Positions 17,551-33,034 of a DNA stretch of 64,000 bases are shown here, one piece after another (positions within the stretch are counted from its first letter, which is position 1; each line of letters begins with the position of its first letter). Under the pieces are notes generated by a model. That model was given only the letters and a program-made list of their open reading frames with translations. It made no database searches and was not told where the DNA came from. The position numbers were made by a program, and so were the translations under genes. This stretch comes from Eledone cirrhosa (lineage: Eukaryota). The DNA lies in the NCBI GenBank assembly GCA_964016885.1, contig OZ024757.1, positions 12,400,001-12,464,000 of the forward strand, read 5' to 3'.

Positions 17551-18601
17551 TCAGATATAATCAATGTGTTGTGTTGTTAGTTTTTACTAAATAACCAAAG
17601 AAATAATCTCTTTGTTATCAAATTAGAAGTTTCAAAGATGTTATCAGCTTTATTTCCCGACATTAACGTTGGTGTATCTTCTTCATCTTTAGTCATAAAT
17701 TGATATCTTGTCAGAATGAAATAGTGAGGCTGACTTTATGTCTTTAGCTACAGATTTGGTAGGAAATATATATATATTAGGTTGATATGTGGTCTAAAAT
17801 ATATATATTGTCTATAAATGACTGATAGCAGATGTTCTGGTGAAATAGTAGTGTTACTACTACAGATTGTAATGGAACTCTTAGTAGACACAATTGTAAA
17901 GTAAGAATAGATATGACAGTGTAAGACTGATGTAGGGGAATTAAAATTGTCTATATATATATATATATATACAATTGTTACACAAGATATAATTAGATTA
18001 ATTAAAGTTATAATGAAGACAGCAGGTACTCGGTGTCGTTGAGAATGTTTCAACTCTCGTACCGGTGTCATACGTTAAAACTCCCTGATATAATTTAATA
18101 CCTTCAGACACTGTCCCAATCGTATTTAATTTATTGTAAATCAGAAAGTATCACTCAGTAAAATATCAATTATATATCAATAAGAAAACCTCTACGTAGT
18201 CTCACTGACTGCTAGAAATAGCAGCGATATTATACAATACAACTGCTCTCTCTCTCTATAACTTTACCTTTCATCCTTACGGGGTCGATAAAATACAGTA
18301 CCAGTAATGTACCGGGTAATTGCTGGCCGTGTGCCAAAAAGTAGAAACAATTATTAGTTTTATGATTTTAATAACCTCTGTCATTTTCGTTCAACTAATT
18401 TATTTACATTATTCTGAACTCCGAAGTCGAGAATCATTCAGTTTCCTAAATAGTATATTAGTCTACGACTCCATTTATACCATAAACGTGGTTTTGTCTA
18501 AACGTGTAATTGTTGTCACCGCTCCACATAACAACGTACTATCTTCGCTTTTTTCCGTTCATTGCCAGGAAACGACTTCACGGACCAAAGCATAAATTAT
18601 T

Positions 18602-18659
<58 letters not shown>

Positions 18660-18765
18660 TATATCTCAAGGGCGGTGCCCCAGCATGGCCTCAGCCAGAT
18701 GGCTGGAACAGGTGTAAGAATAAAAGAATATAATATATATGTGTATATTCATATATTGTATTTAT

Positions 18766-20215
18766 CCTCATCACAATTTAAACTCCATTTTACATGCTAG
18801 CATGGGCTGGACGACTTGTCCTATTGTGTGAAAACTTAGATCAAATAACTGTGTCTTGCTCATGCAAGAACCATTTCTGGTTGGATTGTACGGCTGGATG
18901 CCCTTCCTAATTCCAACCACATTTACAGGGTGGACTTGGTATTTATTGTTGTGTTGCTAACATGACCAACTTACAGGGTGGACTGAGTGCTTTTCGTTGT
19001 GTCATCATCATGACAACCACCAGCTAACAGAGCAGACTTGGTGCTCTTTGTCATGTCACCAATTTGAATACTTTGAAGGGTGGTTCGGGTGCCTTCAGTC
19101 TTAGCACTAGCATGACCACTTTACAGAGAAGGCTAGAGGCCTCCTGTCATGTCTACCTCACAGGGTGGACTGGGTGCTTATTTGTCATGTCACCAGCATG
19201 ACTACCTTGCAGGGAGGGTTAGGTGCTCTTTTGTCGTGACACCTGCATGACCACCTTACAGGGTTGCCTGGGGGTTTAGCCATTTCAGCAGCATTGGAGG
19301 AGAGCATGTCAAGCTTTCCGTACTTGTATACATGGGTTGGTCAAGAGAGGTGTATCAGATGTGAAAGTGGGGATGGGGTTGTGTGTATGTAGGGTGGGGA
19401 TTGGCGAGGGAGTTCAGGGTGGTGTACTTAGCTGGTAAGAGGTGGAGTGTTAAGATGTGGGGAGGAGGAAAATTAGAGCATACTTCAAACCACTAAGTGT
19501 TGTGTCAACCCGTGCACATGGAAATGCAGGTCTCCTGCAGTACTGTATAACGCCAGAGATTTCAATCCTGTGTCATCACCTTTGAGAGGTACAATGGTGT
19601 CAGGTCAGTTTTTACCTCCTCATCCCAAGCTTTCCTAGGTCTTCATCTTCCATCAATTTCAAGCAGTCAACCTTTTATACAACATCTCTACCTTCATACA
19701 CATCACATGTCCATACCACCGCACTCTCCTCTCCTGCATACTGTATCTTATCCCTCTCATGCCCAGGTTCTCTCTCAGATTATTTACACTTTGTTCTTCA
19801 TGTATATTAATATTACACATCCATCGGAGATTCAAGCTTCATTTCTATCCAACATTCTGAGGTCCTCTGCACACACCACCCACATCTCACTGCAATGCAG
19901 CATTGCTGTTCATATGCAGACATCAATTTGATGAAACAACCTTTTGTAGCTAGCAGTAGTAGCACCCTAAACCTTTGTCATCTTGTTGTTACTCTTGTTA
20001 TTGTACTTTCAGTACACCTACCTCCACTGCTTATTTGGTCACCCTGGTAACAGAAACTGTCAACTGTTTCTATGGAACCCTTTAAATATTTGATAGAGCT
20101 TGTCTCCCCAAAGTGATTGCGTCTCACTGCTCCAGTGCAATGACCCCTTGTAAAACCTATATTGTTAGCTAACTCACCTTGTATCCCACTAAATCTCTTG
20201 TGTACCCATAGTCTC
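18766..20215 (-). mobile_element. Degenerate RTE LINE 3' part with subrepeat-rich 3' UTR
   Basis: ORF remnant WVHKRFSG...IETVDSFCYQGDQISSGG, and subrepeats of about 50 bp (CATGACCAC..ACAGGGTGGACTGGGTGC) at 18900-19270. A paralogue lies at 33840-35285. Confidence 0.8.
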
Positions 20216-20230
20216 TTTAGTGTAAATAAT

Positions 20231-20414
20231 TGTTTATACTTTGGGCACAAGGCCAGCAAATTACGCAGTACATTACTGGTACTTTATTTATCGACCCCGT
20301 AAGGATGAAAGGCAAAGTTAACCTCGGCGGGATTTAACTCAGATCATAAAGGGCCATAACTATGCTAGAAAGCATGGCGTCTGACCCTCTACCGATACTG
20401 CCAATTCACCACCC
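20231..20414 (-). mobile_element. Full-length SINE family 1 with 15-bp TSD
   Basis: Flanked by TTTAGTGT(A/T)AATAAT. The empty site is at about 35288 in the paralogous unit. Confidence 0.9.
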
Positions 20415-20674
20415 TTTAGTGTTAATAATGTTTCATATACATAACATGTATGTGTGACCATTGGTTTCCTATTCCACTTATGGCCACCACTGTTTAATGC
20501 GGGGGGGGGGCATTTCCAAACAGACCCTTCGTTAGGCATGCTGACAAATATTAAAAGGAAGTGCTTTCCTCCAACAATGTTCACCCCAAACAGAGGAGAG
20601 TTTCATATTGTCAAAAAGGGAGGTAAATCTTTAGCAGTGTAATTGTCAGGCTTAATTAAATATGTAATTAGATA

Positions 20675-21315
20675 CACATAGAAGTGGTTGATAGCTTTTG
20701 CAATCTAGGTGACTTAATTAGCAGTGGAGGAGACTGCTCTGAAAGATGAATAGCTAGAATAAGGAAAGGGTGGAAACAGTTTAGAGAGATACTGCAACAG
20801 TTGACCACAAAAGGTTTCTCTCTCTGTACAAAAGGACGACTGTATGACACATGTGGGTGATGTGCAATGATGTATGGTAACGAAACAAGGGCTGTGACTG
20901 CAGAGGATATGTAGACTGAAGAGAAATGGAACAACCATGCTTTGTAGGATATGTTATGGAAGTGTAAGAGAAAGGCAGAGCTTGGACGAGTTCAAGAAGA
21001 AGCTGGGTTTAAGAGTGATCTGAAGTGGTGTGTAAGAGAGAAGACTGTGTTTGTACAGACATGGGATGCACATGGATAATGACCACTGGGTGAAGAAGTG
21101 CCAGGAAATCCCAGTAGAAGGAAACCATAGTAGAGGTAGACCAAGAAAGACCTGGACAGAGGCTGTGTGAACTGAATGCAAAGAACTGACTCTCACAGAG
21201 GAGATGACAAAGGAACACGTCAAGTGGAAAGATGCCATGTTGAGAAGGACCTGTCCAACCAAGCAAGCATGGAAAAACCGACATAAAAACAGTGATGATG
21301 TTGATGAAGATGACG
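20675..21315 (+). mobile_element. RTE LINE 3' fragment
   Basis: Homologous to 14871-15489 (IEVVDSF...RGRPRKTW) with a GAT-type tail. A paralogue lies at 35545-36172. Confidence 0.85.
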
Positions 21316-22043
21316 TACATATACACACATACATACACAAATAAATCAAACACAGATATGCACATACGTATATACAAACATAGTTACAAATATATACATG
21401 GACACAAATTTCTACACACATACATTCACATATATATATAACGTGTGTAAATTCTGAACAATACAGTTTTGTCGGCAAAACTCTTGGTTACAACTTCTAC
21501 AAATAAAATTAATAAGAAGAATTTCTTAGTAAAACAGTTTTATTCAAAATATTAACAACATTGGTGGCACTATTTTGGGTGAGTGACACGGTTTTCATCT
21601 CATCTAATTGTGTTGCATTAAGTAATCTTTAGAAGAGAACAATTTATCACAGACATCACAGTGATATAGTTCCTCTCCTGTAGATGTTAGTGTCTAATGA
21701 AGTCACAGAATTTAGAGAAGCATTTACCACAGACATCATAGTGATATGGTTCTTCTCCTGTAGATGTTAGTGTCTAATGAAGTCACAGAATTTAGAGAAG
21801 CATTTACCACAGACATCATAGTGATATGGTTCCTCTCTTGTAGATGTTAGTGTCTAGAGAAGTCACAACATTTAGAGAAAGATTTACCAAATATATCAAA
21901 GTGATATGGCTTCTCAGCTGTATGTATATGTTTGTGTGTTACATTCAAAGAGAATGGTTTCTCTCAGATATCACAATGATATGTATTTGTATTCTCATTA
22001 ATTCACAAATTTGAGGGAATCATTTATTTCTGATGTCAATGCG

Positions 22044-24149
<2,106 letters not shown>

Positions 24150-24571
24150 AATGATTCCTTCTTCAACAGAATATACAGATGTTTTATATTATATTTCTTC
24201 TTTTATATTTCCCTCAACTATATTTCAGTTAATATCTGAAGATAATACAAACTTCTTTTTCCTCCAAGTTTAGTTAAAATACAAAATCATCTGATAGTGA
24301 AGAAAATAAACTCAGTTTTGAGGAAATATTTCACAGTAATACAACGAGAGATTTATATAAACAGTGTTATATAAGTTCTGCTTAGAATGTTTTAGTCTTA
24401 AAATGATGATAAATAGAGGTGATGTATCCAAGATTGAAAATAATAATTTATCCCAATGTCATCTGATATTCTGAAATAAGAAAGAAACAGTATGAGATAA
24501 TACAGAATACTTTAGAAGCAGAGATAGATTTAACAGTGGAAATTTTATATTTCTATATTGGTAAATTGTAG

Positions 24572-25085
24572 GCTACCTTGAGTAGAAGATTATGGAAGTT
24601 AAAGGACCCCATAGCTAATGACAAATTTAAAGGCCTATTACTTGATGCCTTTGACAATAAGGAAGATCAATTAGAGACATGCAATATAGAGGAACAGTGG
24701 CAATCCTTGAAAGTGAACCTGCTGAAAGCAACAGTCAGTAGGCACCTCTAACCAAATACACCCCCGTCCCACTACCCCCACGCCATCCCCTTAAATGTGA
24801 AGTTATGTTGGAACCACAACATCCAGTTCGAAACAAATGAGGTCGTGTAGGTGTCACGACAATAAAAAAAACACACAGTCCACGCTGTAATGTGGCCGTG
24901 TAGGTAACACGGTAAAAACCTCCCAGCCCACACTGTAAATGTGGTTGGTGTTAGGAAGGGTATCCAGCCGTAGAAAACCCACCAGATAGTCCTATGCGAG
25001 CAAGACAACCATTCTTGTTTCAAGTGGCAAAACTCCCGTCCAAACCCATGCTAGCGTGGAAGATAGACGTTAAACGATGATGATG
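24572..25085 (+). mobile_element. RTE fragments (internal piece plus 3' UTR and tail)
   Basis: The RRLWKLKDP-like segment is homologous to 6740-6880 (reverse). The 3' UTR motif GGTTGGTGTTAGGAAGGG and a GATGATGAT tail follow. Confidence 0.7.
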
Positions 25086-25128
25086 TATATATACACTGTG
25101 TACAGTATATATAATACCCTATATATGT

Positions 25129-25520
25129 TGTCCAAGAGAAAGGCTATGGCTGATACAGCTTGGCACATGTGACATCACAACATATATATACAGTATATAT
25201 ATATTATACAGTATTTATACACTATATATATGTCCAAGGGAAAGGTAATGGCTGACACAGTTAGGCACCAGTGACATCACAACATATATATACACTATAT
25301 ATATATATATATATATACACTGTGTACAATATATATTATACACTATATATATTTTCCAAGGGAAAGGCAATGGCTGATACAGCTTGGCAACAGTGACATC
25401 ACAACATATATATACACTATATATATATATACACTGTGTACAGTATATTATACACTATATATGTTGTCTAAGGCAATGGCAATGGCTGACACAGCTTGAC
25501 ACCAGTGACATCACAACATA
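25129..25520. repeat. Four 54-bp SINE-derived units separated by TA-rich spacers
   Basis: Unit TGTCCAAGGGAAAGG..ATGGCTGATACAGCTTGGCACCAGTGACATCACAACA. Confidence 0.85.
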
Positions 25521-25952
25521 TATATATAACTTATATCCCAGACATCCATAGATTATTTCTATTCTACAGCTATCTCTCTTCCCCAATTTCAAAATGTTGT
25601 TTACATTATTATTATTATCATTCACTTGTTTCCACAACGTATATACTTCGACCTTGTTTTTGATATAAACCATGTTGGACATTGTGTCTTTCTCTACAAA
25701 CTCATCCCTAACCCCCACCATTACCCCCCCCCCCCCCTTTCTCTCACTCATTCATTTCGGTGTTTACAAAGCTAGGTGACCATCTTCGAAATTCTTGCAT
25801 ACATGGCTTGTCTAATATGTCGACTTATATCTGCTTATTTCCCCCCGAATCTCCTGTGATGATATATGTCATGATGGCTACCTATCTCACAATTTCCCAC
25901 CCCTCACCATAGGCTATTTGACCAATCAAACCTAAGCAACATATCCTTACCC

Positions 25953-27884
25953 ATTACCAGCCCCAACAAACTATGCCATTACTACTACTGTCCTTCTAGC
26001 CCTTACCAGCCCCAACAAACTCTGTCATTACTACTACTGTCCTTCTAGCCCTTACCAGCCCCAACAAACTCTTCCATTACTAATACTGTCCTTCTAGACT
26101 TTACCAGCCCCATCAAACTCTGCTATTACTACTACTGTCCTTCTAGACCTTACCAGCCCCAACAAACTATGCCATTACTACTACTGTCCTTCTAGCCCTT
26201 ACCAGCCCCAACAAACTCTGCCATTACTAATACTGTCCTTCTAGACCTTACCAGCCCAACAAACTCTGCTATTACTACTACTGTCCTTCTAGACCTTACC
26301 AGCCCCAACAAACTCTGCTATTACTACTACTGTCCTTCTAGCCATTACTAGCCTCAACAAACTCTGCCATTACCACTACTGTCCTTCTAGCCCTTACCAG
26401 CCCCAACAAACTCTGCCATTACTAATACTGTCCTTCTAGCCCTTACCAGCCCCAACAAACTCTGCTATTACTACTACTGTCCTTCTAGACCTTACCAGCC
26501 CCAACAAACTCTGTCATTACTACTACTGTCCTTCTAGCCCTTACCAGCCACAACAAACTCTGCCATTACTACTAGTCCTTCTAGACCTTACTAGCCCCAA
26601 CAAATTCTGCCATTACTACTACTGTCCTTCTAGCCCTTACCAGCCACAACAAACTCTGCCATTACTACTAGTCCTTCTAGACCTTACTAGCCTCAACAAA
26701 CTCTGCCATTACCACTACTGTCCTTCTAACCCTTACCAGCCCCAACAAACTCTGCCATTACTAATACTGTCCTTCTAGACCTTACCAGCCCCAACAAACT
26801 CTGCCATTACTACTACTGTCCTTCTAGCCCTTACCAGCCCCAACAAAATCTGCCATTACTACTACTGTCCTTCTAGCCCCAACAAACTCTGCCATTACTA
26901 CTACTGTCCTTCTAGCCCTTACCAGCCCCAACAAACTCTGCCATTACTAATACTGTCCTTCTAGACCTTACCAGCCCCAACAAACTCTGCCATTACTACT
27001 ACTGTCCTTCTAGCCCTTACCAGCCCCAACAAACTCTGCCATTACTATTAGTGTCCTTCTAGCCCCAACAAACTCTGCCATTACTATACTACTACTGTCT
27101 TTCTAGCCCCAACAAACTCTGCCATTACTACTACTGTCCTTCTAGCCCTTACCAGCCCCAACAAACTCTGCCATTACTACGACTGTCCTTCTAGCCATTA
27201 CTAGCCTCAACAAACTCTGCCATTACCACTACTGTCCTTCTAGCCCTTACCAGCCCCAACAAACTCTACCATTACTAATACTGTCCTTCTAGACCTTACC
27301 AGCCCCAACAAACTCTGCTATTACTACTACTGTCCTTCTAGACCTTACCAGCCCCAACAAACTCTGTCATTACTACTACTGTCCTTCTAGCCCTTACCAG
27401 CCCCAACAAACACTGCTATTACTACTACTGTCCTTCTAGCCCTTACCATCCCCAACAAACTCTGCCATTACTACTACTGTCCTTCTAGACCTTACCAGCC
27501 CCAAAAAACTCTGCCATTACTACTACTGTCTTTCTAGCCCTTACCAGCCCCAACAAACTCTGCTATTACTACTACTGTCCTTCTAGCCCTTACCAGCCCC
27601 AACAAACTCTGCCATTACTATTACTGTCCTTCTAGCCCTTACCAGCCCCAACAAACTCTGTCATTACTACTACTGTCCTTCTAGCCCTTAACAGCCCCAA
27701 CAAACTCTGCCATCACTACTACTGTCCTTCTAGCCCTTACCAACCCCAACAAACTCTGCCATTACTTCTACTGTCCTTCTAGCCCTTACCAGCCCCAACA
27801 AACTCTGCCATTACTACTACTGTCCTTCTAGCCCTTACCAGCCCCAACAAACTCTGCCATTACTACTACTGTCCTTCTAGCCCT
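25953..27884. repeat. 49-bp minisatellite, about 40 copies
   Basis: Unit CCTTACCAGCCCCAACAAACTCTGCCATTACTACTACTGTCCTTCTAGC, with period 49 read directly. Confidence 0.95.
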
Positions 27885-29622
27885 GCACCAAACAATTCTT
27901 GTTTACCGTTATCTATGGAGGAGCGAAAGATAAATGGAACAACCCTGAATAAATAAATGAATATGAATCCGCGAGTTACCAAGCTCCCATGCAAAGCTTT
28001 AATTCAGAGACAGGAAGCATACACACTCCCCTGCAAAAATTCATCCTCTCCCACAAATTACGGCAAATGTCCAAAACTCTGAGTTGGCAGCATCAACATA
28101 AGCACAATGAAAGGAAGGGCAGGAGAAATTATAGACATGCTAGAGTCAAAGGATATTGATGTATGCTGTGTGCAAGAGGCTAGGTGGAGAGGAGAGTCCG
28201 CTAGAGTCCTTGTAGGCAAAAGTCAATGCTATAAATTTTTCTGGGTGCGAAATGACAACGGGATGGGTGGTGTAGGTATACTATTAGCTGACAAATGGGT
28301 AGATAAGGTAATAACCACACGTATTGTTATCCAGGTAATACTAGAGGGTGTCATACCAAAGGATTGGTGCAGCAGCATCATCGTCAACTGCTACAAGGGT
28401 AAAGTAGATGCACTAGATAGAATAAACTATAGAGGTATAAAGCTGATGGACCAGGTCATGAAAGTAATGGAAAGAATCATAGCACAGTTGATCCGGGACT
28501 GGGTAAAACTAGGTGAGATGCAGTTTGGGTTTGTGCCAGGAAAAAGCACCACTGATGCTCTCTTCCTTGTGAGGCAGTTACAGGTAAAGTACCTAGCTAA
28601 AAGCAAGCCGCTCTACCTGGCTCTTGTCGATATGGAAAAAGACTTCAACAGAGTGCTCCGTGCTATAATCTGGTGGGCTCTTAGAAAACTAGGAGTAGAT
28701 TAGTGGCTTGTGAAAGCTGCACAAGCCATGTATAGGGGAGCAGTCAGCAAAGTTAGAGTTAACAATTACTATAGCGAGGAATCTAGCATACAGGTCGGTG
28801 TCCCCCAGGGCTCTGTTCTTATCCTTCTCCTGTTTATAATAGTATTGCAGGCGATAACAAGAGTTTAAGACCTAATGCCCATAGGAACTCCTATATGCGG
28901 ATGATCTTACACTTATAGCTGAATCTATGGCAGAACTAAAGAAACAAGCACCACCAAACTCTGGGAGAGATCTATAGAAACAGTAGACAGCTTTTGCTAC
29001 CTAGGTGACCAAATGAGCAACGGAGGTGGGTGTTCTGAAAGTACAGTAACCAGGGTAACAACGGGATTGAAGAAGTTCAGGGAGCTACTGCCACTGCTAG
29101 CTGCAAAAGGCTTTTCCCTCAAAATGAAAGGCAGACAGTATGATGCGTGCATATGAACAGCAATGTTACATGGTAGTGAGACCTGGGCGCTGTGTGTAGA
29201 AAACTTGCGTAGATTAGAAAGAAACGAAACTTGCATGCTCCGATGGATGTGTAATAGTAATATACGCGAACGGCAAAGCATTAACAAATTGAGAGAGAGA
29301 CTGAGCATAAGAGGAATCAAATGCTGTGTGCAGTAGAGGAGGTTGTGTTGTAGCCCCTAGGTACAAGATGAAGCACATAGACGATATGCCCCCACCCCCT
29401 CCCACTGTAAAGTGGCTGTGGAGGTGTCACAACAAAAAAGCACCCATCACTCACTGTGAGGTTGGTGTTAGGAAGGGCATCCAGCTGTAGAAATCAAGCC
29501 AAAATCAGTTCCCATCTGAGCAAAACAAGGTCACCCCACCTGGCACTGCCCACAACAGGACAACCTGTCTAACCCATACTACCGTGGAAGAAGGAACGTA
29601 AAACAGTTATGATGATGATGAT
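27885..29622 (+). mobile_element. Internally deleted RTE LINE (APE N-terminus joined to RT)
   Basis: ORF 28107..28703 has the endonuclease motif IDVCCVQEARWRG and GVGILL, then jumps to IPKDW...NYRGIKL...QFGF. The PHD-like segment is deleted near 28940. It ends in a (GAT)n tail. Confidence 0.9.
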
Positions 29623-29699
29623 ATACATATATATATATATACACGGTGTACAGTATATATACACTATATATATTATACAGTATATATACACTATATATA

Positions 29700-30372
29700 T
29701 GTCCAAGAGAAAGACAATGGCCAATACAGATTGGCACCAGTGATGTCACAACGTATATATATACTATATATATACACTATGTATATATTATATATACACT
29801 GTGTACAGTATCTATACACTATATATATGTCCAAGAGAAAGGTTATGGACGATACAGCTTGGCACTAGTAACATCACAACATATATATATACACTATATA
29901 TATCATACAGTATATATACACTATATATATATTATACAGTATATATACACTATATATATTATACAGTATATATACACTATATATATATTATACAGTATAT
30001 ATACACTATATATATATTATACAGTATATATACACTATATATATTATACAGTATATATACACTATATATATTATACAGTATATATATGTCCAAGAGAAAA
30101 GTTATGGCCGATACAGCTTGGCACCAGTGACATCACAACATATATATACTATATATATATTATACAGTATAAATACACTATATATATGTCCAAGGGAAAG
30201 GATATGGATGATAAAGCTTGGCACCAGTGACATTACAACTCATTTCTACAGCTGAGTAAACTGGAGCAACGTGAAATAAAGTGTCTTGCTCAAGGATACA
30301 ACACAACACCTTGTCGAGAATCGAACTGACCCCCTTTTGATAGTAAGCCCAATGTTCTAGCCACTAAGCCAG
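29700..30372 (-). mobile_element. SINE family 2 with four tandem 54-bp internal units and TA-rich spacers
   Basis: Units at about 29700, 29827, 30087 and 30187. The last continues into the SINE head (GAATCGAAC...CCACTAAGCC). Confidence 0.8.
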
Positions 30373-31016
30373 GATACGTTCCAGAACCAACCGTGATATA
30401 GAGAGACCATAAAGACAACCGTTGTTTTCATAGTTTAAGCCTTAAAATACCTCTCATACATGCTTTAAGTACATATAAACACATTAAAACACACTTTTGT
30501 ATTTAAACACCAAAAACAGCCAGTAACGATCTTCTAGAAACTACCACCAACTATCATACCACTAGTTACCAATGAGGACCATTGCCAGCCACGGTAGCCA
30601 CTTGGTAATACACTGCACATCTCCCGTCAATCTATGAAGGGTTTGTAGTAGATTAGAGAAAAACACAATCAGTAAAACAGTAATGGAATGAAAAATATAA
30701 ACATTTGTTTATAATTAAAGCCTTAAGATGTCCCTTCCTTACGATATACACTTTAATAACATTGAAACTTATTTAATAAGTTTAAAATTTAAACACTTTT
30801 TATTCAGACGTACCGCGATAAGAAACTAGATATGTTCTAACGAATAATCCGCGATGTGGCGAGGATTACCGCGATAGGAAATTAGATACGTTCCAAAGAA
30901 ATATCCGCGATGTAACGGGACCGCGAAAAGTGAACCGCGATATAGCGGGGCATTACTGTATATATACACACACAACATACATCTATCTATCTATATACAC
31001 TCATAACATATATTTC

Positions 31017-31629
31017 GGCAGTGTCATGGTATTAGCTGTCAGAAGTGAAAGTAGAAGAAGGTGACGTCATTCGTCAACCTTCTCAATCCTTTATTTCCGT
31101 ATCACTATTCCCTTTATTTATGTTTAGGATTTTCTAAGAGATACGTTTACGATGAGATACACTTATTAAAAAAATAATATGGGTACCAAATAACCCCGTA
31201 ATTTGAGAGAGAAACGATAATATACAATCTTATTTAACATGTGTATTAAAAACTACACTAGCTGTTACAATTGTAATTAACGTGTAAGAACTTAAATGAA
31301 AATATAGGTGGCCCTTAAAAGGGCCGGTGTTGAACTTAAATTTGTTTTCTAATTTGATAACCATGACTTGTTTCAACACCGGCCCTTTTAAGGGCCACCT
31401 ATATTTTCATTTACGTTCTTACACGTTAATTACAATTGTAACAGCCAGTGTAGTGTTTAATGCACATGTTAAATAAGATTGTATATTATCGTTCTCTCGA
31501 AAATTACGGGGTCCCCATAAATAAAATCATAAACGTAAATAAACGGAATAGTGATGCGGAAATAAAGGATAGAGAAGGTTGACAACTGACGTCACCTTCT
31601 TTCTGACAGCTAATACCACGACAGTGCCC
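31017..31629. mobile_element. Foldback / Mutator-like MITE, almost fully palindromic
   Basis: Arms of about 260-315 bp (GGCAGTGTCATGGTATTAGCTGTCAGAA ... TTCTGACAGCTAATACCACGACAGTGCC) around a spacer of about 40 bp. TATTTC is duplicated at the flanks, possibly a decayed 9-bp TSD. The empty site is at about 17200. Confidence 0.85.
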
Positions 31630-31772
31630 TTTATTTCGATATCTTACATTAAAATGTTGACTGAGGGTGTGACAACTGTTTCTTGTGTGAGGTTGTTCCA
31701 GTGGTTGAAATATAGACGGAGGTAATTAAATAATAAAGACAGTCATGATAACAATATATTTTATATCACATG

Positions 31773-32110
31773 TGTAGCGGTTGTCTCCCTTGTTGTGACT
31801 CACAACCCCAATAGATTAACAACATCTAGACGGGAAGTAGAACCCTTTCTGTAACTTCCGGCAGAGCCCTATAAAACGAATAGCCTTCGGCTCTCTCTCT
31901 CTCATTGCCCTTCCGGCGCCTGGCCTTCGCCAGGCGTCTCGCGTTTGCCTGGCAATCAAAACGGTAACTACTAACTTTGCTTCATTCTATCATCTATTTC
32001 TTTGACATGTCAACTATACTGTTCTATATATATCCATGATTGTTAATTAAATATTATACACACACCCATGTCTCCTTGTTACATTCATACAACCCAGTAT
32101 CTTCGCTATA
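31773..32110 (+). mobile_element. Solo LTR (338 bp), probably Gypsy-type
   Basis: TGTAGCG...CGCTATA termini, 4-bp TSD CATG, internal TATAAAA (about 31870) and ATTAAA (about 32046). Empty sites CACATGTAACAG lie at about 17335 and 46225. Confidence 0.85.
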
Positions 32111-33034
32111 CATGTAACAGTGGAATCTGATGATCGAAAAATATCACATCAACATTTCAGTTTGGAAGTGTTTTTTCTATATATAAAAGTGGAGGAAGAA
32201 ATATATTTTTCTAATCTTGTTATATATATTTTCACTTGTATATAATTACTGGGTCGTTGTAGGGTTCACATAATTATATTATTTACACACATTAATATAG
32301 ACTTTAAGTACATCTTTGTCAACTTACCTCCTTCAGATATAATCAATGTGTTGTGTTGTTAGTTTTTACTAAATAGCCAAAGAAATAATCTCTTGGTTAT
32401 CAAATTAGAAGTTTCAAAGATGTTATCAGCTTTATTTCACGACATTAACGTTGGTGTATCTTCTTCATCTTTAGTCATAAATTGATATCTTGTCAGAATG
32501 AAGTAGTGAGGCTGACTTTATGTCTTTAGCTACAGATTTGGTAGGAAATATATATATATTAGGTTGATATGTGGTCTAAAATATATATATTGTCTATAAA
32601 TGACTGATAGCAGATGTTCTGGTGAAATAGTAGTGTTACTACTACAGATTGTAATGGAACTCTTAGTAGACACAATTGTAAAGTAAGAATAGATATGACA
32701 GTGTAAGACTGATGTAGGGGAATTAAAATTGTCTATATATATATATATACAATTGTTACACAAGATATAATTAGATTAATTAAAGTTATAATGAAGACAG
32801 CAGGTACTCGGTGTCGTTGGTAATGTTTCAACTCTCGTACCGGTGTCATACGTTAAAACTCCGTTATAATTTAATACCTTCAGACACAGTTTCAATCGTA
32901 TTTAATTTATTGTAAATCAGAAAGTATCACTCAGTAAAATATCAATTATATATCAATAAGAAAACCTCTACGTAGTCTCATTGACTGCTAGACATAGCAG
33001 CGATATTATCCATTACAACTGCTCTCTCTCTCTC

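Noticed and set aside
25129-30240. CRISPR-like repeat-spacer appearance
   Set aside because: The spacers are mutually related TA-rich microsatellite, the repeat is a SINE segment, there are no cas genes and the context is eukaryotic.
31300-31400. Histone gene at the stem-loop
   Set aside because: There is no histone-like ORF on either strand. The loops lie within the arms of a palindromic insertion.
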